IMG/VR virus record: IMGVR_UViG_3300035698_018280
Span: 32,001-96,000 of that record
Source of the DNA: a virus
DNA length: 64,000 bases
Reading direction: 5' to 3' (one strand)
The notes under the pieces were generated by a model. The model did not search any database and was not told where the DNA came from. It saw only the letters and a program-made list of their open reading frames with translations. The position numbers and the translations under genes are program-made. Positions 46,301 through 53,710 of the stretch are shown in pieces; positions within the stretch are counted from its first letter, which is position 1; every line of letters begins with the position of its first letter.

Positions 46301-49300
46301 TCATGAACAGCAACAAAAGCTCGACCGCCAATTCTTACTGGCTCATCTCTGTACTGTACTTTTATTCTAGCTACAAACGGAGTTGTTTTACGAATATATG
46401 TTCCATCAAAGTCTTTCTCGTGATTAGGATTAAATCCGGTGCCGCCAGAAGCAATAAAATCAACATCAAACAATGGAACTTCTTGCTTACAAAGATGAGT
46501 AATACGATCTCTACCAAAGTTGATAAGTTCCATCTTAAACGGATTTTTCATCGTTATAGAAATAGGTAGCGATGTAAAACGAAACGCATCTTTACCTGGA
46601 TCTTCTTTATCAGGTACAGAAAAAATAATCTTGATCGAAAGAGACAATGTACTGATAGCAGATATAATATTGAAATCAGGGGCCATGCGAACAATGCCCT
46701 TAAGAATTCCGTTGCCTTGCGGAGTAGATGATAAAATAAACGTCTCTTCAGGCGTTGGTCTGAATGAAGAGCGATCAATCGTCTCGCCAAATACATCCTC
46801 TGCTAATTGAGACGAACTTGTTGATGCTATCGCCTCGAAACGAAGACGAGAATCATCTGCCAGAGGCGCTCCAAACTCATCTGTTATCTGCGCAAAAAGA
46901 GCTATTCGTTGATCGAACCATGCCTCGATGTTCTTCTGGAAGCGGATAGGCTGCTCCCATTGAAGACTAAGAGCATTCTCGTTTACCAATTCGTAGCGAA
47001 GCTTCCTTACCTCAAGAAGGGGTATACCAGTTTCATCAGCAGTCTCAAGAGGTATGCCTTGAAAATAGAATGGAATAGATTTATAGCCATACCTATCCGT
47101 AGAAACAATAGCATAAAAAGCAACAGTATTATTACTTATGTTTCGATGAACAAACTCAGTTTGACTATCTGTTCCAGAGAAAATACGTTCCGCATCGCTT
47201 GATACAATTCCATTATCATCAAAAACAGGTAATGAGTCTTCAGAGTAATATATTTCAGTCTGTGTATGCCTGTCGTCAGTGGCAGACAGGTTCCATTTAA
47301 TATAATTCTTTCTATTTCCAACTTGTTGTGTAACATTTGTTATTTGCAATAACGCCGGCGACGGAGGATCAATTGCATTAGCCCGGTCAGTGGCATTGGT
47401 TTGATCTTCAGTTGAAAAAGCTGGTATTGTTACTGACAAAACAGGAGAGTCAGCCCAGTTGCTATAGTTGCCAACCGTGTTGCGAGAAAATATTTTATAA
47501 TGGTAAACTCTGCCATGAACATAATCCTGTTGCAAACTGAAAACAAATGCGCCAGATGAAACAGTGTCATCGAATACGATAGTACCATCATTTTCATGGA
47601 ATGGTTCTAATCCATAACCATTGAATTCTCTAATTAGATCGCCGTTGTCATCGACTTCTCCAGTAAACGAGTAATCAACGCCGCCTGCAGCTTGTTTCTC
47701 AAGAATACGCACTCCGCCGCCTTCAAAATCAAAGTTATCAGGAACAGAGTAGTTTAGTAGCAATAACCTATCGCCGTTGTCATCGACTTTTTCTCGAAAA
47801 TCTTCCGGAAGAACAGCGGCAGCAGAAATGAACTCAGCAGATTTTACTTCATTATAAACAGCAACATCGGAAACTTTTCCAAATAACGATTGCGATAAAC
47901 TTCCATTATCAATCGATCCTACTTGAAACACCTTATTAGAAGTTCCATCTTCAAAAGGATTAAGATCGCCTGTCGGAACGGATGACGTTAGAACTTCTCC
48001 ATTCAGATAGAATAGAACCGTATCAGTATCGAAATCAACAGTAACAGCAATATGAATCCACTCATCATAAGGAATGGTTTCAGATGCTACTACAAGCTTT
48101 ATTGAAGGGAACTTCGTTGCTAATAAAATAGACTGACTTGAAGTAACGCTTATCCAGTATGAAACATCATTGGTAACAGTATCAAATCTGGAAAATAATG
48201 TAGATCCTCCAGCACTTTCCTGTATATAGAACCAGCCTGAAAATGTCATCTGGTTATTTACTAAATTGTTTTCATTATCATCTACGCTAAAACTATCTCT
48301 AACTGTATCAAACGTTTCGCCGCTCATTCTAGCGCCGCTACGACCGCTTGGAACATCTACAGGATTTAGCCAAATTGGATCAGAGTCATCTCCCGCCCAG
48401 GTTATATGTCTTTGATTCTGAGTAAAGTCATATGCAATTCCGCCTATTCCCTCATCAAAGTGCCAAAGACCAAGAGCATTATCTTCTACCAATGGACCGC
48501 TGCCCGTCATGATATTAGCAGTAAACTGACCTATGCCAGTTGGAATATCTCGAATTCGGGGAGTTGCTTGAACTTCAACCCCCTGGCTAAAAGTTCCATT
48601 TTCATCAAATGTGAAAACCTTATAGAATAGCTCGGTATCTTCGGCAAGATTATCATCAAAAGTTCGATCAAAAAATCCTTCTTGAACAATGTCCCCATCA
48701 ATAGCATTGGTTGGGAATCCCCCAGCTTTACGGACAATTCTAATGCCAGCATAACCGCTTTCTTGATCTGAAAAGAATGACGAAGCAACAGCGTCAGTAT
48801 CGCTTGTATCAATCGAATCATCTTCAACAACAGCAAAGAAATTAACCCTAATCGGAGTACCTTCAAATGAATAGACATTCCATTTGACATCGCCAGGATA
48901 AGTAGAGTCCACCCTATTGATCATGCGACGACTTAGTTCAAGCCTAGTGTTCTCGCTATCATTCCAAGACATCGAACCGCTCTGATCGACAAGCAAACTG
49001 ACAACTCGATCTGGAAGATTGAGTTCAACTTTTTCTTCGCCATTATCATCATTTGGAACAACGCTAGTATTTAATAATACAGGATCTCCTAATGGATCAT
49101 CAAAATCATTAACGATAAGCGTCTGCGCTTCGGAAGGAGGCGTATTTATTTTGCAATCAGCAACGTCAAAAGAATCTCGGAATGACCACGCTTGTATAGC
49201 CAAGCTGTCGTTACTAACAAGAGTCCAAAGGCCAGTATCAGGATCAAACGTAACTGTAGGAGTCAAAAAAGTAGTTGGCTCATAAGGATCAAGATCAGCT

Positions 49301-50109
49301 TTTGCCAAATCCCAGATAACATAATGGTCGTCAGTCTTCTCAGAAGAAAATAGTAAGAATCCCAAAGAAGTATCATCATCAACAGATATAGGAGATTGTC
49401 CTGGAAGAACCCCTATATCAAAATTGTACCAATCATCGATCGTAATATGATCTTTAGTATTTTTTAGATCATATATAGAAAGCTCTGTAGTCGGTAATAG
49501 ATTACTATCTAGTTCAAAAACCTTACTATGAATAGTCACATATGGAGGAGTACCGAAGCCAGGATTATTTACATCCCAACCTACAATATCAAAATCACCT
49601 CGACTTAATGCAATCGCATCTATATAAACTCCATCTCCAACATCATTACTGGCTGATATGCCAAGAACATGTTCTGCATTATCTGGTATAACAAAAGGAG
49701 AAAAAAGATCAGCATCTATCCACGCCCAAATATTGGCAGGTAAGGAAAACGAACCAGTTTCAATAATCTGGTTATCATCGAGATATATTTTTACATTTAT
49801 ATTGCTGGACGAGATATTTCTAACTCTTACCCAAATATTGATCTTGTCTGATTTTTCAGCCTTCACGGGAAATTCAATAATAGGCTGAGCTTCGCCAATC
49901 AAACTATCGGATCTCATGCACCCGGTTCCAGAGAAATCAACAACCTGATTATCGAAAACTACAGGATTAGTTCCGTGCGAAACGCTTGCGGCGTTAGCAG
50001 CATTGATCATAAGAACTTCAGAATCGTCTTCAGGCACGACAAAGAAATCTGCAGGCGATGAGCCAACAGGTCTTAAATAAGTTGATACTTTTGTTGGAAA
50101 ACCTGCCAT
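40315..50109 (-). CDS. giant modular putative virion/adhesion protein (CBM-like, discontinuous vWA, FN3, LamG, Ig-like, Kelch propeller)
   Basis: 3264 aa; LVDQSGS MIDAS motif; LamG (GLWHFDEG, WIHIAVT, FYLNG); six Kelch blades (YAIGG, YVFGG, YIVGG, VILGG, YFLGG, YVAGG); C-terminal repeats ending in V.P.DG; no signal peptide visible. Confidence 0.85.
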   Translation of the reverse strand: MAGFPTKVSTYLRPVGSSPADFFVVPEDDSEVLMINAANAASVSHGTNPVVFDNQVVDFSGTGCMRSDSLIGEAQPIIEFPVKAEKSDKINIWVRVRNISSSNINVKIYLDDNQIIETGSFSLPANIWAWIDADLFSPFVIPDNAEHVLGISASNDVGDGVYIDAIALSRGDFDIVGWDVNNPGFGTPPYVTIHSKVFELDSNLLPTTELSIYDLKNTKDHITIDDWYNFDIGVLPGQSPISVDDDTSLGFLLFSSEKTDDHYVIWDLAKADLDPYEPTTFLTPTVTFDPDTGLWTLVSNDSLAIQAWSFRDSFDVADCKINTPPSEAQTLIVNDFDDPLGDPVLLNTSVVPNDDNGEEKVELNLPDRVVSLLVDQSGSMSWNDSENTRLELSRRMINRVDSTYPGDVKWNVYSFEGTPIRVNFFAVVEDDSIDTSDTDAVASSFFSDQESGYAGIRIVRKAGGFPTNAIDGDIVQEGFFDRTFDDNLAEDTELFYKVFTFDENGTFSQGVEVQATPRIRDIPTGIGQFTANIMTGSGPLVEDNALGLWHFDEGIGGIAYDFTQNQRHITWAGDDSDPIWLNPVDVPSGRSGARMSGETFDTVRDSFSVDDNENNLVNNQMTFSGWFYIQESAGGSTLFSRFDTVTNDVSYWISVTSSQSILLATKFPSIKLVVASETIPYDEWIHIAVTVDFDTDTVLFYLNGEVLTSSVPTGDLNPFEDGTSNKVFQVGSIDNGSLSQSLFGKVSDVAVYNEVKSAEFISAAAVLPEDFREKVDDNGDRLLLLNYSVPDNFDFEGGGVRILEKQAAGGVDYSFTGEVDDNGDLIREFNGYGLEPFHENDGTIVFDDTVSSGAFVFSLQQDYVHGRVYHYKIFSRNTVGNYSNWADSPVLSVTIPAFSTEDQTNATDRANAIDPPSPALLQITNVTQQVGNRKNYIKWNLSATDDRHTQTEIYYSEDSLPVFDDNGIVSSDAERIFSGTDSQTEFVHRNISNNTVAFYAIVSTDRYGYKSIPFYFQGIPLETADETGIPLLEVRKLRYELVNENALSLQWEQPIRFQKNIEAWFDQRIALFAQITDEFGAPLADDSRLRFEAIASTSSSQLAEDVFGETIDRSSFRPTPEETFILSSTPQGNGILKGIVRMAPDFNIISAISTLSLSIKIIFSVPDKEDPGKDAFRFTSLPISITMKNPFKMELINFGRDRITHLCKQEVPLFDVDFIASGGTGFNPNHEKDFDGTYIRKTTPFVARIKVQYRDEPVRIGGRAFVAVHEASDPICDDPDADPPVPFDPGFSDRKSREVLPPSTTLDLSLGLEDDGEGNLTEISFADIPLLAPNRPQGVMLFAQATFNGFVGRKSLYIAFENILRVELTVSAPDPDCIDIVEEFAHCYLIDPDSPDSRNPRKTRIPDNEICKWNLQKGLGGRDRPFYSLDNVPIASGVFSFIRNNTARKIFFGPACGVTWTVVDLGPERGGPALVPEMYALKASITYDGLNAFEERPLTLYPQAVPGSFGSRFHMSFRRLINEMWADGYDFENLKIARDPNTASIPFSTEFRSCASAFSGTLFILNFGQLIEIETGDAFEILYGEDLSIELDPYLDEFVFLDANKETAFVSLPLSEENDTTDVYLRINRFIGPPQKNDNTDSPGSLSNICSAIELPGGLKEEPFDRSIIGRTTVILDGETRFLNGGGGYENGIPPTVLRLKEPLKIRIVDVRRDNEPIEDLLVDGQSRHTFILEVSFSGKPVPNGTPVFLTIAGENPSKVVVTESVVFTFQQEDEFLGGGVKSYASFTILPLNPVESFSAQVQAKTQYDKRGDVERNMTTCLTIVYDSEQQDQDTDDDDTDEKGIVNNVFDAKMSIYDASTDAWEDKAAMNFPRGALSLSYTITPYGYATYAIGGVNGTSISGRNEQYLIDTDEWTEFAPIPNPRMHHVAVEDAGKIYVFGGLSSENGDLHVSNKLEIYDVFTDTWTVGSSMPEISGTEYGTALSSAVKYGDSIYIVGGLTEIDSQGGIRFFNDRILIYDIMTDSWTYSDSFVDQDYELYHRISPFVFIDDFAVSTPSIVILGGAILIGSGENQELEFPTDTVSFDPLHPNSITVHDNSFGDIPHPRYKGGTAAIETGAYEGVYFLGGANKKSPTLRRFELIGESGTVPRLSLQNLTENPVGRQSFGIASDGDQFIYVAGGITSGRPPGFLQILAKAEPANARLDGRQSVAIDIELKDDAGEIPPKDIRILVRGFLLFPGNEDNTDEGSEESSSGSDQGQQSASDTISRQAFVYPVVFSSNDFEISSGFGTTTMLPRADDILRKIDDIKNKLGISETVTGEGQGGQDDILLIKEGTTRRPYKIRIQITVVDDFFYGQTVVDIEDNEDPDIVEDPDDDTGDDGDDDDGDTGDDGDSGDDGGGVDIVEFEGCREYSASKDLPGDDDDPGDDDSSSNPDQPIDDGLDDSSLIFNINPSQTSQLQSPSIQYFSDIEWIPQIVRHLSGNVGTASEALNVIARLDNAIPFGASPYFDGLTEITEDLLNDNADGRAKTIYSHTDNEENLSFATQAEAIEDIQAIDGFGQTPVVINNFSIVFPVTLSALVSRTDTDSLEEIARTTGGQSQTVLDAAFLDEILNNTLGRVAGSIGYGVYERTIDLGVNAVVHSISLDYDLFDNTDGNWQVSASDDGFNFGEFSDKFNPDAEVEFFRLNGRYFRFRATILSGLSASVEEVYEDVATPGIPALTDININYSVPKDSFVYIDCDTPEFSAQQIAVAIRANTPPNSFIEVGAATSDSYNWDDYQSGSQPAADRYGKIYLPIRTQQTDDALNEPLENIDGFVFSAKYGRWNPTSRVVVKKTDKTIIEETDYKSYPRNGLIVFKTKQVDSFIIDVENAGKLRIGLKITNKFATDPIAIEGVGYFFNSNVFLPPPLAERPPEALDLKIFPTIPTIYNKISASYRFFDLNLDIEDLDKTDIRWYVNGVEIEFLRGLREWNDITNFADPLWTFGFSFQPEDVPSSTTAEQFARERNESLLNVGDIIYFTVKPSDGKVLGTLVRSSSVTVEAAPPFITTLLVNGRTSSGVVQTEVTTATIAFADFDFFDDGGEDVSTIIWYINGVEFKRGNLNGNTNGFNNNELIPGELQTSTSVVALIIGNDIQVEVRPATGNTIGDPVTSPVVTVQNAPPVVTNVIVEPENPTSNSNLTVVWSFFDQDIDTGNTEQSDESSIRWFRKSSGADLFEEVASVANQSLVSNLLTASGDLWYAEVIPFDGVSVGITVRSNTATVQ
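42820..42995 (-). repeat. low-complexity Asp/Gly coding repeat (DDGD-like)
   Basis: Encodes DPDDDTGDDGDDDDGDTGDDGDSGDDGGG and PGDDDDPGDDD. Confidence 0.7.
47638..47789. repeat. 20-bp exact direct repeat within the giant gene
   Basis: ATCGCCGTTGTCATCGACTT at 47638 and 47770; both copies encode VDDNGD, 44 codons apart. Confidence 0.75.
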
Positions 50110-50110
50110 A

Positions 50111-53100
50111 TTAAATAGTCTTACCAGTTACAAGTCTACGAATTGTACTGTCTCCTCTAATTTTGAATTCATCATAACTGAATAACCAAATATCATCATT
50201 TACAAATAAAACTTGGTGAATAGTGTCGAACTCCGTTACATCTACAATCAAAAATCCGCTATCATCCCATACTAGATATCGGCCATCTGCAAGAGTTGCT
50301 ACAGCGGTTGTGAAATTCGATGTAACGTCATTGATAATAGCGCTTCGAGAATCATCCGCATCGCCTAAGAAATTTACAAGTGACGTATTGACGCTTTCGG
50401 CATAAAAATTACCGCCATCAACATACAGTCCTGCATCAGTCGCTATAAGAATTTCAGATCGATGTTTTGTAAGTTCATTAACGTTCTTACTTGATATACT
50501 TCCAATTAAAGTCCAAGTAAATCCTTCTGTAGAAAGCCAAACTTCGTTATTTGCAACCGCAAAAGCAGCATCAGGGACGATCAATGTGCTAACTGGACCA
50601 GATGTTTCAGCAACCCTTTGCCACTCGTCCTGAGTCTGGCGACGAGTATAAATGCCGTCTGAGCCTCCAATAACCAAGTTCGAGCTAAACATCACAGCAA
50701 CTCTTGATAAAATATCTGGCAATCCAAGACCTGAATCTTTTGTAACTTCTCCTGTAAGCATATCATAAACGTAAAGATTTCTTTCATCAAGAACATAGAG
50801 CTTATTAGAGAACGTATCTAGATAAAAGTCTTTGATAAAAAGTTCTCGTCGAGAATCTATTACAATCTTTGAGACTACCAATGTATCTGTGTCAATCGAG
50901 AGTACGCCTCCCTGCCCTCCGACCCAGACCTGCCCCAAATCCCCTAGATGTATAACGGCGCTCGGATACGGCAACGACAGCCCTCTGTTGCCATAATCTT
51001 GATCGAGATCAAAATCTACTGTTGAATTAAAATTATCATACCATTCCTGATTACACGCAACAAGGAATCTACCCTGATAAATCGGAGCGCACGCTTCCTG
51101 AAGGCCAGGATTAGTCTTAGCAAGATCTATCCCAAAGTTTACGATATTAGAATGATAAACCTGTGACATATGAGAAGGCATACCAGAGTTTATCCATTCA
51201 AATGAATCTTCAACAACCCAATGCGGAAAACCAGTATTCTTGAAAGCTACGTTAATAACATCTATCTCGACCCTTGTATACTTACTCAAAGGGGCAGCGA
51301 ATGAAAAAATACCATCAATAGAATTTGCAATTGCGACAACATCATAACTGCTATAATCCTCTGGAAATTTATCTCCTACCGCCCCGCCAAATCCTCCTAC
51401 AAATCTTTGTAAACCAAAGCCATCAATGGTATCTATAAGATTAGTACCTGAATTGGCTATATCAGCTTCATTTGGGCCGGTGCCAGTTGAAGGGTTGTTA
51501 ATAGATCGACCTCTCGATGCATCGTTTTCATCCTCAAACCCCACACCTCCATCATTATTTCCATCCCCGTCGCTGCCTGATCCACCGCCGCCTCCGCCTC
51601 CCTCAGCAGGAGGATCGCCAAGGTTCGGTTCAAGAAGAACAGAGTCATACCATCCGGGGGTTCCCCATACGACTATACCAAGAGAAGCAATGGTTCTAAT
51701 ATCATCTGATGTCAAAGACATATCAGCAGTTAAAATAACCCCAATTTCTGTCGTGGTGCTATCAAATTTCCATTGCAACAAACCCTGTAAATCATCTAAA
51801 TCGTCATAAGGTAGTATCCATGGAATATCGTTGATTTCAACATCTGGCAATCCATCGCTATCTAGGGGAATTCCTCCTCCTGCAATTTTTCTGCCCAACA
51901 TCCACTGGGTAAATGCTGTCCTAGTAATATGATTTCTTACTGCGATCGGTGAGGTCTGATGAAAAACAAGCATGTCGATACCTACGTCATCAAACCATGG
52001 TCCCCAGTTTCTACGAAAATATTCAGCATGAATAGGCGCTCTTATATCATATGGAACGCCTCCGTCTAAAACATCATGAATATTGATTCTGTCTAAATCT
52101 TCATTTATATAATAACCAGCATAAATTGATACAGATACTTCTGTATGACTGTCTATCCAGCCTCCCAGCTTAGTTTTGATTTCATTTCTTCTATCTTCAG
52201 ACATAGTAAACCAATGGTTAGGACTGAATATGCCTCCAACGTTACTGCCTGCAGGCAACCATAGCATAAACCTTCTAAAGCCCTGTTCATAATCAGTATT
52301 CAAACGAGATATTAGATTATTAACGCCTTCAGCAACTTTCCACCAAGATATAAGTTCGCCAGAGACTTCTCCTGTTTGAGACAGGAACTCGTCTGACCAC
52401 AAACGATAAACTCGACCAGATCGACGGTCAATATCAGAAATTATAGAAGTCTCACCTTCGCCAAACAATAGAATAGGATCTGCTATAGGATCAATAAATT
52501 CATCCTGTCGAACAGGAATTGGCTTTCTTACATCAGGATCAAATTCTATACCTGTAATAGAACTAAACGCATTTATATCAATAAGCTCTCTCAGAGTTGG
52601 TTCAATGATATCATCTAACTGATCATTGATCTGTCTATCTCTGCCTTCGTTCTCTAGCGAATCAAAAATAACATATCCAAAAGCTCCTATGCTAGCAGGA
52701 TTTCTAAGAACATGGTTCCAGTTGACATTGTTCAAAGGACGACGGTGATATGGCGCTGCACCTTCTGTCTTATAAACATGCCATATCTGTGGCATGAACT
52801 CTTTGTTATGTTTTTTTCCTAGTCTTAGATTCTCTTTGCTATTACTCGTTATCCATTCGCTATTGTCAAAAATACTATTCTCAAATCGCTCAGGCGAAGG
52901 GAATAAACTATTTCCAATTGTATATCTTTGAGAATAAAATGATGGAAGAAGTACGCCAACCTCATCCCATAACCAGTTGATAGAGTTATTGATTGACTGT
53001 CCCGTATTAAGAGATTGATCCGCATTATCAATATCGATAAGCTCCGAACGACCATATCCTAAAACACCAGGGCCTCCATTGTTGAGATTAGAATCTGCAT

Positions 53101-53710
53101 AGATTGCACCTGGCAGATCAAAGAATCCCCATACCGCATTCGGCCTAGCTTCTTTGCAAGCATTGAGAGTCTTTAGAAAGAAATCTTTAGCAAGAGAGTT
53201 CCACTCTTCTCTCATAAAGTTTTCAAGAACATTCTCGCCTTCATCATATAGAGACTGTATAGCTACGGGGTTATCAAAGTACCACCAGTTATAAAAGTTT
53301 TCTTTGTAATCGAAGTCTGCAGGATTCATCAGATTAGACTGTGAAGCCTGTAAATTAAAACCTTCGTCAAAAAAGAATCCTGAACCGCTGTCGTAATTGC
53401 TCCAATCAAAACTCGGATGAAAACGACTGTAATCAATAATAGCAAGACCGTCATAATCAGCCGTTATTTTACGCTGAGCGTCATCTACGACCTTGGCAAT
53501 ATGAGATTCTAAGAGATCTGGATTATCAAGGAATTCATGAAGACCAGCATATGGATAGCGACCAAGCTCAGAAGGCCGATAGATAGCTGCGTCAGTCATA
53601 ATATCACGAGGATATGTGATAATATCCTGCGGATCTATAAACGAAAATCTACCAAACTGGCCTCTTTCGTAGGCAGTATGAAAGCGAAATCTTTCAAACC
53701 TAGTTGTCAT
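50111..53710 (-). CDS. putative virion protein: GH56 hyaluronidase-like domain, second TIM-barrel-like domain, C-terminal beta-propeller
   Basis: LGRYPY...HIAKV.DD...YDGLAIIDYSRFHP, FFLKTL..CK..RPNAVWGFFDLP, INWLWDEVGVLLPSFY match the GH56 pattern; G-rich linker; propeller repeats (GGQGGV, GSDGIY, TDAGLY). Confidence 0.75.
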   Translation of the reverse strand: MTTRFERFRFHTAYERGQFGRFSFIDPQDIITYPRDIMTDAAIYRPSELGRYPYAGLHEFLDNPDLLESHIAKVVDDAQRKITADYDGLAIIDYSRFHPSFDWSNYDSGSGFFFDEGFNLQASQSNLMNPADFDYKENFYNWWYFDNPVAIQSLYDEGENVLENFMREEWNSLAKDFFLKTLNACKEARPNAVWGFFDLPGAIYADSNLNNGGPGVLGYGRSELIDIDNADQSLNTGQSINNSINWLWDEVGVLLPSFYSQRYTIGNSLFPSPERFENSIFDNSEWITSNSKENLRLGKKHNKEFMPQIWHVYKTEGAAPYHRRPLNNVNWNHVLRNPASIGAFGYVIFDSLENEGRDRQINDQLDDIIEPTLRELIDINAFSSITGIEFDPDVRKPIPVRQDEFIDPIADPILLFGEGETSIISDIDRRSGRVYRLWSDEFLSQTGEVSGELISWWKVAEGVNNLISRLNTDYEQGFRRFMLWLPAGSNVGGIFSPNHWFTMSEDRRNEIKTKLGGWIDSHTEVSVSIYAGYYINEDLDRINIHDVLDGGVPYDIRAPIHAEYFRRNWGPWFDDVGIDMLVFHQTSPIAVRNHITRTAFTQWMLGRKIAGGGIPLDSDGLPDVEINDIPWILPYDDLDDLQGLLQWKFDSTTTEIGVILTADMSLTSDDIRTIASLGIVVWGTPGWYDSVLLEPNLGDPPAEGGGGGGGSGSDGDGNNDGGVGFEDENDASRGRSINNPSTGTGPNEADIANSGTNLIDTIDGFGLQRFVGGFGGAVGDKFPEDYSSYDVVAIANSIDGIFSFAAPLSKYTRVEIDVINVAFKNTGFPHWVVEDSFEWINSGMPSHMSQVYHSNIVNFGIDLAKTNPGLQEACAPIYQGRFLVACNQEWYDNFNSTVDFDLDQDYGNRGLSLPYPSAVIHLGDLGQVWVGGQGGVLSIDTDTLVVSKIVIDSRRELFIKDFYLDTFSNKLYVLDERNLYVYDMLTGEVTKDSGLGLPDILSRVAVMFSSNLVIGGSDGIYTRRQTQDEWQRVAETSGPVSTLIVPDAAFAVANNEVWLSTEGFTWTLIGSISSKNVNELTKHRSEILIATDAGLYVDGGNFYAESVNTSLVNFLGDADDSRSAIINDVTSNFTTAVATLADGRYLVWDDSGFLIVDVTEFDTIHQVLFVNDDIWLFSYDEFKIRGDSTIRRLVTGKTI

